A DNA stretch of 64,000 bases from Candidatus Bathyarchaeia archaeon (GCA_050010755.1 JBEKKK010000001.1:640001-704000); one strand, 5' to 3'; counted from the stretch's first letter, positions 1 through 9,793 are shown. Made by a program: numbers and translations. The notes: generated by a model from the letters alone, not told the origin.

Positions 1-86
1 AGGCGTATGCTGCTTAGTTTGTAGTCTGTTTTGAAGGCTTCTTGCAGGAACTGTGCCTCGTCTGGCGTCAGTTTGGGGTCTGACAC
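1..86 (-). CDS. 5' part of hypothetical protein running off the window
   Basis: Open frame from GTG at 86 (MSDPKLTPDEAQFLQEAFKTDYKLSSIR...), with an AT-rich TATA-like tract at ~121-131. Confidence 0.4.
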   Translation of the reverse strand, partial: MSDPKLTPDEAQFLQEAFKTDYKLSSIR

Positions 87-234
87 GCTTTGTCGCCTAT
101 TCAATATTGTCAGTTGAAACAATATAATAAAGGCTTCGTGGTTTGGATACGTATTTTCAATAGTTGGGGGCTTTGCTGGGGTCGTTATCAATTCGTTCAA
201 CGGAAACAACCGCTAAAATTGTCAATGAGCCTAT

Positions 235-603
235 GTGTATAGCGGGGTGCGAGGTATGGCAAACCGGGTGAGGACCGTGGATATGCTGTTCCTGCCGCCG
301 AGCAGAAAGTATAATGTGAGTAGTTTGCAGCCCTTGCACAAGAAGTATCGGAGCCACTTTGAAATCATCGGTTTGGTGCTTGAGGCCGTGAAGGCTGAGA
401 GCGCCACTCCCTTCTCCATCATGAAGCATGCGGGCGTCAACTTCATGCAGCTGAAGAAGTACTTGAAGTCTCTGACTGAGATTGGGTTTCTTGAGGTTGA
501 AATCAGGAGAAGCACTATTCTGTACAGGTCCAGCAAGGAAGGTCTTGAATTTCTGAGGCAGTATTACACTCTGGTTGATATGCTATTGACTGCGAGAGCC
601 TAG
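235..603 (+). CDS. winged helix-turn-helix transcriptional regulator (archaeal)
   Basis: YRSHFEIIGLVLE...IMKHAGVNFMQLKKYLKSLTEIGFL...Y..SKEG wHTH pattern; true start may be further downstream. Confidence 0.75.
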   Translation: MYSGVRGMANRVRTVDMLFLPPSRKYNVSSLQPLHKKYRSHFEIIGLVLEAVKAESATPFSIMKHAGVNFMQLKKYLKSLTEIGFLEVEIRRSTILYRSSKEGLEFLRQYYTLVDMLLTARA

Positions 604-792
604 GGCAGCAGAAGATTTTCTAGCGCTGTTGATGCGGGTTTGGGCAGGTTTTAGGGTTGCCTCTAGGTTGAAGTGTAAATGTTCTAGGGTGGGAGTTGTG
701 TTTTGAATTCGAGGTTTGGGTTTGTGTGTGGCGTTTGCAACAAACCTTAAACGAGACTTGTGTGAATGTTAATTTGAACGCGCAGTTGAGGT

Positions 793-1338
793 TTGTTGGG
801 GGCATATGATATGGGAAAGAGGGAGACTGAACTTAGTATTGTTCGTGAGTTGGTGAAGGGTGCGAGGAGGAGTGACCGTGAGATTGCTAAGGTAGTGGGT
901 GTTTCTCAGCCTACGGTGAGCAGGTTCGTCAAGAAGTTGGAGGGTCAGGGTCTTATCAGGGAGTACACGATTATTCCCAAGTTGAGTAAGATGGGGTATG
1001 AGCTGTTGGTGTTTACTTTTCTTTCGTTTGCTGAGGATAGGCCGGAGCTTTTTGAGAAGGCGAGAGAGTGGACTAGTAAGCAGCCGTGTGTGATTTTTGC
1101 GGGAAATGGGGAAGGGTGTGGGAGTAACAGCATTATGGTGTCGATTCATGAGGATTATACGAGTTACACGAATCTTATTACTCAGCTTAAGCGGGATTGG
1201 CAGCCGAATCTTACGGGTGAGCAGAGTTTCGTTATAAGTCTTAACAGGTCGGATCAGATGATAAAACAGTTTTCTTTCAAGTATCTGATGGAAAACCGTG
1301 CTCCTCGTCCGATGGCGTCCGTTTCGCCCGGCACGTAA
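793..1338 (+). CDS. Lrp/AsnC family transcriptional regulator
   Basis: ARRSDREIAKVVGVSQPTVSRFVKKLEGQGLIREYT HTH followed by RAM-like domain; start probably ATG at 811. Confidence 0.9.
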   Translation: MLGAYDMGKRETELSIVRELVKGARRSDREIAKVVGVSQPTVSRFVKKLEGQGLIREYTIIPKLSKMGYELLVFTFLSFAEDRPELFEKAREWTSKQPCVIFAGNGEGCGSNSIMVSIHEDYTSYTNLITQLKRDWQPNLTGEQSFVISLNRSDQMIKQFSFKYLMENRAPRPMASVSPGT

Positions 1339-1452
1339 GACGTTTCATCTTTTCGAAGGTTTGGCGCGCTGGACTCTGCTAATGTTGGACCCTGCTCTCT
1401 TTGAGTTTGGATCAGAGACCCTTTCGGGTTTCAAGGCTTCGGGCTGAAGGGT

Positions 1453-1899
1453 GCCCCCTCCCTTTTTTTCTTTACATCCGTTGTAATGTTGCTGTGTAAT
1501 GTTGCAGTGTAAGTTTCCATGTTGGTGGTGTGCATGAGCCTTTAGGGGTTAGTGCTGGTTCTTCTTGATGGTTTTTGTTGGATTTTGGTGCTTGTCTGCC
1601 TCTTCGATTCATGGAAGATTGGGTTTGTCGGAACGCGTTCGGCCCCTCCCTTTTTTTCTTTACATCTGATGTAATGTATTCGTGTAATGGATCCACATGT
1701 GTGTCCATGTTGCTCGCGGGTGTTTCTAAAAAGGGTTAAAAATGGCACGTGCGTTAGAGTCGGCCCCACTCTCTGTGAGTTTAGGTTTGGCATTGTGTTG
1801 GATTGCAAGATGTCAAGGGTTAACGGTGGCCCCCGCCTTTTTTTCTTTACGTCCGTTGTAATGTGTGTGCGTAATGTGTGTGCGTAAATTTTCATGTTG
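1453..1899. repeat. three ~72-bp repeats with 187-188 bp period
   Basis: Copies at ~1453-1524, 1641-1712, 1828-1899: GCCCC(T/C)..C-T7-C-TTTAC..C..TGTAATG...GTAATG...CATGTTG. Confidence 0.9.
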
Positions 1900-1949
1900 C
1901 GCCTTGACGAAGAGTTGGAGATGTGTTTTGATTTTGTGAGGGGTTGTGT

Positions 1950-2375
1950 TTATTGGAGGGTTTTTTCGATCCACGCTTTTATTTTGATTTCTGCGTTTGT
2001 TGGGTAGTTGTAGCTCAGCTTCAGTGCGGTTTCGTTTGCTATTCGGGTGAACAGTGTTATGGATGCGTTCAGCGATTTTTGAGTGTCTTCTTTGTCGTAG
2101 TGTGCGAATGTTTTTCTGAGTTCATCGATTACTCCGGGTTCGGCCCATTCTTCGAGGAAGCGTCCGCGGAACCATGTGTCCTGTTTTCCGTCGCTATTTG
2201 CGAGTGCGTGCCATTCTATCATCGTTTTCATCAGGTCCTGGAGTCGACAGTTCAGGCAGAATGCGGTCCACCATAGTTCGCCTCGGCGAAGATGTTTTGC
2301 CGTGAAGACTGCGTGATAGAGGAAATCGCTGACGATGTCCTGAAATTCCTGCTGAGAGGGTTTTTGGGAGCCTTT
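1950..2375 (-). pseudogene. 5'-truncated aminoglycoside 6-adenylyltransferase-like gene
   Basis: Frame extends upstream of the 93-aa ORF: KPSQQEFQDIVSDFLYHAVFTAKHLRRGELW...MIEWHA...DTWFRGRFLEEWA, matching the C-terminal half of the AadK/ANT(6) family; N-terminal nucleotidyltransferase half absent. Confidence 0.7.
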
Positions 2376-2498
2376 TTTCTGGTTTGACTATTTTTTTCTT
2401 TTTTGTGTTTGTAGTATGGCGTTTTTCCTAATTGTTGGAACTCGTGGGTTTAAAGCTTAAAAACTGATGGCATAATAGTTCTGGGGGGTTGGGTAGAA

Positions 2499-3464
2499 AT
2501 GTTGAAGTCCAGTTTGAAGCAGACGAATGAAAGGTACAAACTGTTTGGTTTGAAGGAGTTGAGGACGGTTGCAAAAGTTGAAGCAACTCTGCTTAGGAGC
2601 GCGCGTGAATGGCTTGACAGGAACGGCTTCATGGAGGTTATCGTGCCGCACGTGGTTAATGCGACTGGTTCATGTGAGATTGTTGATACGCTGTTCAGGG
2701 TTCCGTATTTTGGCAAGGATGCTTATTTGACGCAGACGGGCCAGTTGTATCTGGAGGCGTTGGTTCCTTTTCTGGGCGGCAAGGTTTGGACGTTCGGCAG
2801 CAGCTTCCGCGCGGAGCCAAGGGCTGATGACAGGCATTTGACCGAGTTTTCGCTCTTGGAGTTGGAATTTGAAGGCGATTTTAACGCGTTGTTGAACACG
2901 ATTGAAGACATGTTTAGCAGCATGATGGCGGCCGTGCAAGAGCTACCTGAAGTGATGAACTGGATGAACCTGAAACATCCATTCAAACGGATGCGCTATG
3001 AAGACGCGATTGCCGAGTTGGGATTGACTTTTGGCATGGACACGACTTCTGCCGACGAGAAGAAACTGTTGGAAAACAACGATGACCAGCCGATGTTCAT
3101 TACACATTTTCCGAAAGACCTGAAGTATTTTAACATGCGACAGAACGATGCTGACTCACGCATTGTGAACAGTGCAGACTTTCTGTTGCCTTTTGGCGGG
3201 GAAAGCGCGGGTGCAGCTGAAAGAGAGTTTAACCCGAACAAGCTAAGGCAAAGACTTGTCGAGTCGGGAATGTGGACGCAGTTCATCGGGGACGGCGGGG
3301 ACAAGCACGCTTTCGACTGGTACTTAGACGCTTATCAAAAGTATGATTACAAGCTGCATTCCGGCTTCGGTATGGGTATCAACCGCGTGACCAAGTACGT
3401 GTTGCAGTTGGATGATATTAGGGCAACGACGGTTTATCCGACCAACGCGGAAACAATTTACTAA
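2499..3464 (+). CDS. AsnRS-like protein lacking anticodon-binding domain (archaeal asparagine synthetase A type)
   Basis: Class IIb motifs YLTQTGQLYLE, SFRAEP..RHLTEFSLLELE, HSGFGMGINR; 321 aa with no N-terminal OB fold. Confidence 0.8.
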   Translation: MLKSSLKQTNERYKLFGLKELRTVAKVEATLLRSAREWLDRNGFMEVIVPHVVNATGSCEIVDTLFRVPYFGKDAYLTQTGQLYLEALVPFLGGKVWTFGSSFRAEPRADDRHLTEFSLLELEFEGDFNALLNTIEDMFSSMMAAVQELPEVMNWMNLKHPFKRMRYEDAIAELGLTFGMDTTSADEKKLLENNDDQPMFITHFPKDLKYFNMRQNDADSRIVNSADFLLPFGGESAGAAEREFNPNKLRQRLVESGMWTQFIGDGGDKHAFDWYLDAYQKYDYKLHSGFGMGINRVTKYVLQLDDIRATTVYPTNAETIY

Positions 3465-3502
3465 GGCGCTAGTTCGCGGGGCGCCCGCGTCCGAGCGCTT
3501 CA

Positions 3503-3919
3503 TCAAATTCTCTTTTTTTGGAGGGTTGCGATTGTTTCGTAGGCAAAGTATGTGGCAGCTAGTGCCAGCATCGTGGTTGAAAACAGGTATTCTCTTGTGA
3601 TTTGAGTTGGTTTGAACAAGACTATTTGAAGTAGGACGGATGTGGTGAAGGCTGCGAAGTAGAAGAGATATTTGGGGAAAAGGAGCTGACGGAACCTCAC
3701 GAAGTTTTCAAGCACCAGTTTTTCTACGATGTATCCCTCGGGAGTCTGTTTCAATAGTCCTGCTTGTTCCAGTTTTTCTAGGTGGAAGGCTGCAAGCGTG
3801 GGGCTGCTCAGTTTAAGTGCTCTCTGGACTTCTCTGATGCCTATGGGTTTTCTCTGTTTTATGGCGTACCTGTAGACTCTGACGGTGTTACCGGTTAATA
3901 CGTCGTGTTCGTCTTTCAT
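3503..3919 (-). CDS. membrane-anchored wHTH regulator
   Basis: IGIREVQRALKLSSPTLAAFHLEKLEQAGLL wHTH plus two C-terminal hydrophobic helices. Confidence 0.8.
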   Translation of the reverse strand: MKDEHDVLTGNTVRVYRYAIKQRKPIGIREVQRALKLSSPTLAAFHLEKLEQAGLLKQTPEGYIVEKLVLENFVRFRQLLFPKYLFYFAAFTTSVLLQIVLFKPTQITREYLFSTTMLALAATYFAYETIATLQKKRI

Positions 3920-3971
3920 GTTTCAGTCAACTCATTAGTGACTAGTCTTTGAATGTTATTCTAGCTATCTA

Positions 3972-4006
3972 TGTACAACGGACTTGTACAACTGTACAAG
4001 TGTAAA
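3972..4006. promoter_or_regulatory. putative operator: TGTACAA x3 in divergent promoter
   Basis: TGTACAA at 3972, 3985, 3993 and TGTAAA at 4001, between the divergent regulator and its neighbour. Confidence 0.45.
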
Positions 4007-4037
4007 GGATTAAGACGGACTTCTCAAATATGCTGAA

Positions 4038-4856
4038 GTGGTGAAAGCTTTGAGTCTATCGAAGAAAAAGGTGACAATATACGCGGTTGCTGGAGTATTG
4101 GCAGTTTGTCTTTTTGTTGCAACTCTGTTCTATCTTGTTCCAAACAATTCTCAAATGGGCTCAGTCGTGTTCGCAATGGGTCCTTCCGACTCTTCGTCAC
4201 CCAACGGTGTGTACTCTATGGGGTTTATTCTCGGTGTGACATTTGCCAATGGGAGTTATACGCAAAATTCTGGCGAATTAAACTCTACAGATATTCAACA
4301 GATTGAGTTCGATCCGACCAACGCGTACGGCGGACTTGTCACCATTTCGGATCCTTATTATTGCGCGTTCCAGTTTGCCAACGATTATCAGATCTTTACG
4401 GGAGTGACAGGCGAAACCCCGGTAGACCTAGGTATGGTTGATGTCGTGAACACCACACAGTCCTTCGTCACGGCGAATAAAGAATTGCCACCGCCACACT
4501 ACGTGGTTCCAGGTCTCCCAGATTATGTGGTCCAGTATAATTATACAGGTTACTGGACCAGTTGGGAAACTGCTCTCCCTCCCAGCTCTATGGCCGCCTC
4601 CCGTTGGGCGATGAATATCACGCAGATCCAGAGCATCCTTGCCAACGCGACAGACCCTGTTAATATAGTGTTCAACTTAGACCTGACCAGTACATGCTTT
4701 TATCAGCTCACAACATCGGGTGGCACCCAGGCCGGCACCGCTACTGAGCAGTATTCGGGGCCAGCTGCAACTCTTCAACTCTTTCATGAAGGGGACCAAC
4801 TGGTGGGATTACAATTCAACTCTTCAACTGTCAGCGTCTCGATGACAGTATCGTAG
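4038..4856 (+). CDS. N-terminally anchored extracellular protein, unknown function
   Basis: Basic N-terminus, TM helix, S/T/N-rich beta-type domain; C-half resembles 14238-15110. Confidence 0.75.
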   Translation: MVKALSLSKKKVTIYAVAGVLAVCLFVATLFYLVPNNSQMGSVVFAMGPSDSSSPNGVYSMGFILGVTFANGSYTQNSGELNSTDIQQIEFDPTNAYGGLVTISDPYYCAFQFANDYQIFTGVTGETPVDLGMVDVVNTTQSFVTANKELPPPHYVVPGLPDYVVQYNYTGYWTSWETALPPSSMAASRWAMNITQIQSILANATDPVNIVFNLDLTSTCFYQLTTSGGTQAGTATEQYSGPAATLQLFHEGDQLVGLQFNSSTVSVSMTVS

Positions 4857-4897
4857 CCTTTGCGAGCGTAATCGTATTAGCCTATCAAAGTGGTCGA

Positions 4898-5635
4898 ATG
4901 GTTGACCAAAAAGTGCGCGACATAATAGTGCTTGTTGTGTTGCTAACCTGTGTCTTGACCTCCACTCTTAATTGCGCCAAGGCTCAAGAGCAAGAATCTG
5001 TCACACTTTACATCGTTAACCCACTTACAGGGAACGGCTCATTCAACGTCAACGACTATGCGGTCAACAGCGTTTTCACAGTTGATTTCTACATAGGCAC
5101 CGTTACAAACCTTGTTGCATGGCAGATACGCTTAACATACAACCGCACTCTGATTCAGTACGACGCAGCATGGTTCCCCGAAAATAACGCGTTCGAGATG
5201 GCAGCAAAAAGTGGCGCAACGCCGTTGTGGGAGGTATTGAACAACGTGAACAATGCCTCTGAAGTGGGAGATTTGGCAATAATAATGACGAGTTCATACC
5301 CTCCTGACAATTCTGCTCAATATCCAGTTAATGTCACGTCGAAAGATCCTTTGTGCGAAGTCAACTTCACGATTGTGTCACATGGTGGCGACACTCAACT
5401 CGACTTCGTCAACGCTCCGTTAAAGGGCACTGTCGTTTCTCCTGAATTCATGTTGTCTGACTACACGACGTGCGTCGAAACGACCAGCGGCACATATCCC
5501 GCAGGCGGACAACCTGCAACAATTGACGATTTTGCTGAAGTGTCTGAAGCTTCGGCGATGCTTGTCCTGATAATGATTCCGGCAACGTCGGCTTTTGCCC
5601 TCGCGCGAAGACGAATGAAGAGATACCATCCGTGA
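4898..5635 (+). CDS. secreted cohesin-like domain protein with C-terminal anchor
   Basis: Signal peptide; FTVDFYIGTVTNLVAWQIRLTYN...LCEVNF cohesin-like pattern; C-terminal TM + RRRMKR. Confidence 0.65.
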   Translation: MVDQKVRDIIVLVVLLTCVLTSTLNCAKAQEQESVTLYIVNPLTGNGSFNVNDYAVNSVFTVDFYIGTVTNLVAWQIRLTYNRTLIQYDAAWFPENNAFEMAAKSGATPLWEVLNNVNNASEVGDLAIIMTSSYPPDNSAQYPVNVTSKDPLCEVNFTIVSHGGDTQLDFVNAPLKGTVVSPEFMLSDYTTCVETTSGTYPAGGQPATIDDFAEVSEASAMLVLIMIPATSAFALARRRMKRYHP

Positions 5636-5731
5636 TCCAAGATCCTGGCGCACGCGCTGGAGAAATCATAAACTTGCCAGCGCATTCATTTTTATAAGCT
5701 GATTTCTTAACTAAGTTAGCGAGGGTTCCTG

Positions 5732-6808
5732 TTGGGTCGCAAGCTGACTTACGCCGGCGCTGGCGTTGATAGAGATTTACGGGCTGAATCTAAGAAGGCT
5801 TTGAGCGTTCTGAAAAGAACTTACGGGTTTAGCAGGTATGGCAAAGTTGTCGAACTCCCTTATGGCAGGATATTTCCCTTTGGCGATTGCTATTTGGACC
5901 TGGTCATCGAGGGTGTGGGCACTAAGGTGCTAGTGGCTCAGCTTGCTGACAGGTTTGACACTATAGGCGTTGACGGTGTGGCCGTGGCGGTTAACGATGT
6001 GATTCGTTCTGGAGCGAGGCCGCTTGCGGTGGCGGATAACATTCATGCTCAGGTTTCTGATCCAAAATTGATTTCGGAGTTTATGAAGGGGATTGTGAAG
6101 GGCGCGGAGGATGCTGAGTGTGTGGTGCCTAGCGGCGAGATCGGCGATGTTGTCGAACTCATCAAAGGTTTGACAGAGGGCAAGGGTTTCGACATGGTGT
6201 TCGCCTCTGTCGGTGCGGTGGCCAAGGACAAGGTTATCTGGGGCAAGAATGTGAAGCCTGGAGATGTGATAGTGGGTTTGCGGAGTTCGGGAGTTCACAG
6301 TAACGGTATCTCTCTTGTTAGGAGGGTGTTGTTTAAGCGGTGGGGTGGAAAGTTTGAGGCTGATATGGTTCCTGAGGGTTTGGACAGGGCTGTGGTTGAG
6401 GAGGTTTTGGAGCCAACCGTGATATACGTTAAGCCTTTTCTGGCTGTTGCGGAGAAGGTTGAAGTCAAGGCCGCGGTGCATGTGACGGGTGACGCTTATC
6501 TGAAGTTTAACAGGCTCCGAGAGTTTTCAGGAGACATAGGGTTCGAGTTTGACAATTTTGAGCCTCAGCCGATATTCAGTTTAATTCAGAGGTCGGCTGC
6601 GGAGTTGGGAGGGTCGATTTCGGATGAGGAGATGTTTAAGACGTTTAACATGGGATGGGGCTTCGCCCTCATAGTCGACAAGGAAGACTGTGAGAAGACG
6701 CTGAATATTCTTAAGCGGGCAGGCACTGAGGCCGAGAAGGTAGGCTGCGTGACAAGTGGAGAAGGGGTCAAGGTTCGTTACAAGAACAGAAAGATTGCTT
6801 TGAACTAA
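5732..6808 (+). CDS. purM: phosphoribosylformylglycinamidine cyclo-ligase
   Basis: LTYAGAGVD, EGVGTK, AVNDV, SSGVHSNG, HVTG, EMFKTFNMGWG motifs. Confidence 0.95.
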   Translation: MGRKLTYAGAGVDRDLRAESKKALSVLKRTYGFSRYGKVVELPYGRIFPFGDCYLDLVIEGVGTKVLVAQLADRFDTIGVDGVAVAVNDVIRSGARPLAVADNIHAQVSDPKLISEFMKGIVKGAEDAECVVPSGEIGDVVELIKGLTEGKGFDMVFASVGAVAKDKVIWGKNVKPGDVIVGLRSSGVHSNGISLVRRVLFKRWGGKFEADMVPEGLDRAVVEEVLEPTVIYVKPFLAVAEKVEVKAAVHVTGDAYLKFNRLREFSGDIGFEFDNFEPQPIFSLIQRSAAELGGSISDEEMFKTFNMGWGFALIVDKEDCEKTLNILKRAGTEAEKVGCVTSGEGVKVRYKNRKIALN

Positions 6809-7032
6809 CTTTCATCTGCTCGTCTATGAGATTTCCTTCTCATATTTTCAGGGTGCGAGCTTCTGATGCTATGTCGAGGTAAAGCAATGCTTTTGCGACG
6901 GGGATTATTACAACCCAGAAGAATATGAGCAGCAAGGGGAATTGTAGGCAAGCGGCGCGAATTTGGTATGCCAAGCTCCTTTGATTACTCGGGCGCGCGG
7001 AATCAAGGCTGCTAGCGGCCATGTTCAAGCGA

Positions 7033-7899
7033 TCACGATTTCGATTTTCTTCTCGAATAGGCATGTTTTCTTACCCAAACGATTGCGACGGCAACGACTG
7101 CAATCACGACAATTATGATTATTATGATTGGAAGAGAAATTGGTGAAGTAGTTATGAGAGAAGTAGTGGAGAACTGGGCGTTGTCAATGTAGACTTCTGC
7201 CTGTTGTAAATTCACGTTTGCTGTTGGAATACCCACCTGTAAGGCGTTGACTTCACCGATAGCACTGTTGTTCAGGTTTGTCTCTTGTATTAGCATTGCA
7301 CCGTTTACCCATAAGGTTGACCATCCATGAGTTGAATCGACGAATCCTCCGGCCGTCACCGTGTACCACGTGTCCAATTTTGGCAGATGAGACGCGGTGG
7401 GAATGCAATGAAAAATTTGGTTCCCATCTCGATAATGCAAGCACCATTCGGGGACTCCGTCAACAAGAGTTATCGCTGCACAGGCAATAGCGTTCCCCTC
7501 TTGCGATCCTCGTAGTCTAAGAAATCTGGTCATTTGGGCAGATCCATTGTTTGTCCATACGGGATCTCCGAAGCTGACAAAATAAACCTCGCAACTGGCG
7601 TATGCAGTTTGCAAAGCGGTGGCAAAATCTTTCTCTACGTAAGCTGAGCCGCCATTCGAAGCAGAGCTGGCGGTGCAATGTAACGAATAATTGTCGCCAG
7701 CAGCAACGATGGAGCTTGAAATGTTGATAGATCCACTCGCGACCACTTGACGGGTCCACAAGCCACCATCAGTGACATCAATGCCTTTGCTGTTTGCCCA
7801 AGTGTCCGAAAACGTTACCGATGAGGCATGTGCTGCCAATACAAGAATTACGATTAAGATGTCAACGATCAGAATGTTTAGCAAATTTTTCATAATCAA
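7033..7899 (-). CDS. secreted concanavalin-like beta-sandwich protein with C-terminal TM anchor
   Basis: Signal peptide; DTWY, LWVNG, VYIDN motifs typical of ConA/LamG-like folds; C-terminal TM + basic tail. Confidence 0.65.
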   Translation of the reverse strand: MIMKNLLNILIVDILIVILVLAAHASSVTFSDTWANSKGIDVTDGGLWTRQVVASGSINISSSIVAAGDNYSLHCTASSASNGGSAYVEKDFATALQTAYASCEVYFVSFGDPVWTNNGSAQMTRFLRLRGSQEGNAIACAAITLVDGVPEWCLHYRDGNQIFHCIPTASHLPKLDTWYTVTAGGFVDSTHGWSTLWVNGAMLIQETNLNNSAIGEVNALQVGIPTANVNLQQAEVYIDNAQFSTTSLITTSPISLPIIIIIIVVIAVVAVAIVWVRKHAYSRRKSKS

Positions 7900-8065
7900 A
7901 ATCTTCCTTAATTATGAATAGCAGGACCTAATTAATAATTTTTTTCTGAAGGAGGCAATTATAAATTGAGCATGAACACGGGCAGCATATGTTTCCTTTG
8001 GATAATGTAAACCTAGATTTGAAACGCTAAAGACGAAGATGTCGGTTTTGGACTGAATAATTCGT

Positions 8066-8389
8066 AAGTGAAACCGCTCGTGCTCGTCAGTAGGCGCGCG
8101 CGTGTGCAGATTGCGAACCCTGTTGAAGAAGAGAAACTCAAACGTGCTATTGTTCAGATTCGGGATTTGGGTTTGGCTTCTCACATTACTGATCCCGGCG
8201 GTGGGGGCTTATCTTCTGCGGTGGGTGAGACGGCGAACAAGTACGGTTGCGGAGCGGTGGCGCGCGCGCGACAGAACCGCAGCAGGTGTTTTGGGCAAGA
8301 TGGGCATGGCGGCTGAGGTGATAGGTCGCGTGACGCATGCCGAAGGGGTCAAGATTCTTTACAAGAACAAGAAGATTGCTCTGAAGTAA
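8066..8389 (+). pseudogene. chimeric remnant: internal purL fragment fused to purM 3' end
   Basis: VQIANPVEEEKLKRAIVQIRDLGLASHITDPGGGGLSSAVGETANKYG matches purL ~10909-11060; then AEVIGRVTHAEGVKILYKNKKIALK* matches purM end AEKVGCVTSGEGVKVRYKNRKIALN*. Confidence 0.9.
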
Positions 8390-8399
8390 CCTTTGCATT

Positions 8400-8416
8400 T
8401 AGTGTGGAAAGCGTTT
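8400..8416 (+). repeat. 17-bp direct repeat copy 1 (TAGTGTGGAAAGCGTTT)
   Basis: Identical to 9751-9767. Confidence 0.85.
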
Positions 8417-8432
8417 TAGAACGTTGCATAAG

Positions 8433-9344
8433 CTATTGTGTTGTGTCTGCAGTCAGTGCCATGTACATTGAGAGGCTCATCGTTGATCCTTCTGAATTTC
8501 CTGTTTCCTGTAAGCTGAAGTCGATGACGTGGCAGGTTGTGTAGTCCATTCGGATCTGCGCTGTCATGCTGAAGGTCGCACTGTTGCCTTGGCTTGTAAC
8601 TTGAAAGTTGTTTGTGGAAATTTCCAGCTTGAAAGTTTTGTAGGTGCCTGCTTGCACAGTGATGTTTTCGATGTCGGCGACTTTGGTGTTCACCGTTCCA
8701 CTTATGTTCATGGTTGAGTTGCTGAAGTTGATCGGAAACTGGTAGGTTTGGCCTACTTGGATTTCTGATGTGTTGAAGAACATAGGGGTCATTGTGTTGC
8801 CCTGAAGTATTGAATAGGCGTTCTGAAGCTCGGACGGACCGTTAGATGTTCCAACCAATTTCCCAGCTTTGTTCATTATCAGTGTGACTGATGTGTCGAG
8901 TGGGATTCCTTCTGCTTCGAGATGTGTCGGCTCGTTGATGGTGTAGTTTTCACCGTCGAAACCCACAACACTCATGTTCATGTTTCCAGTTTCGGTCACT
9001 TGCTGTCCGTTTTCATTCACTGTGGCAGACAGGCTATAGCTGAGGTTTTCTCCCACGTTGAAGCTGAGGCTGTACGGAATTTTCTCCCCTAATCCTTGGG
9101 GAACCGGGGGTATGGATCCAAGTACGACGGCGATGAGCACGGCCGCAACTGCAACAGCCCCTATGAGCACGTACAACTTCTTTCTAGACTTTCCAACAGG
9201 TTCAATAGGTTCAATCGGCGGTTGCGAAATTGGTTCGGGCTCCACAGTTGGCGGAACATCTGAATCTGAAAAAATATTCCATTGCATCAAACGATTCTTC
9301 CCCCATCGAGGAAGACTCCCAGAGTCGTATTTAATGTTTGCCAT
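8433..9344 (-). CDS. membrane-anchored extracellular protein
   Basis: Pro-rich N-terminus, KSRKK + TM helix, ITVQAGTYKTFK motif common in beta-rich surface proteins. Confidence 0.7.
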   Translation of the reverse strand: MANIKYDSGSLPRWGKNRLMQWNIFSDSDVPPTVEPEPISQPPIEPIEPVGKSRKKLYVLIGAVAVAAVLIAVVLGSIPPVPQGLGEKIPYSLSFNVGENLSYSLSATVNENGQQVTETGNMNMSVVGFDGENYTINEPTHLEAEGIPLDTSVTLIMNKAGKLVGTSNGPSELQNAYSILQGNTMTPMFFNTSEIQVGQTYQFPINFSNSTMNISGTVNTKVADIENITVQAGTYKTFKLEISTNNFQVTSQGNSATFSMTAQIRMDYTTCHVIDFSLQETGNSEGSTMSLSMYMALTADTTQ

Positions 9345-9750
9345 TTGGCGGGTTCTGCAGCGTTCGCCTGCAAGAACTGTTTGGCGGCACTATTCCTTTT
9401 CGTCTGAAGACGAGCCAAGGCTTGAGAGAAGAATCCTATGGTAACTCGAAAGAGTCAGGGAAGAAAAATCGTGTTTTTTTTTGGTGGGATGCGTCATGCA
9501 ACAACGAGAAATGCGCACGTATATTATCGGGGAAAGGACTTTGCATGACGCACCTTAATCTTATCTTACGATACGAAAAGATTTAATGTTTATGGAAGCT
9601 AGAGGCATCGTTTGGTATCAAAAACAAATTTGCTTCTTGCTGTTTGTCAAATCCCAAAAAATCAGACTTGGCTGAAGCATTAGAGGAAAATTCAGGACGA
9701 GGACCATGACAAACAAGTTTACTATCAAGCCGAAGTAGCGATTGCCTTGA

Positions 9751-9770
9751 TAGTGTGGAAAGCGTTTAAA
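9751..9770 (+). promoter_or_regulatory. purS promoter (BRE + TATA); 17-bp repeat copy 2
   Basis: GGAAAG followed by TTTAAA ~25 bp upstream of the purS ATG. Confidence 0.6.
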
Positions 9771-9793
9771 TCTTGTTTTGCCCAGTTTAGCCT

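Noticed and set aside
1453-1899. 188-bp-period repeats as a CRISPR array
   Set aside because: Repeats (~72 bp) and spacers (~115 bp) are too long and too degenerate, and one spacer segment recurs
2499-3464. Asparaginyl-tRNA synthetase (asnS)
   Set aside because: Lacks the N-terminal anticodon-binding domain
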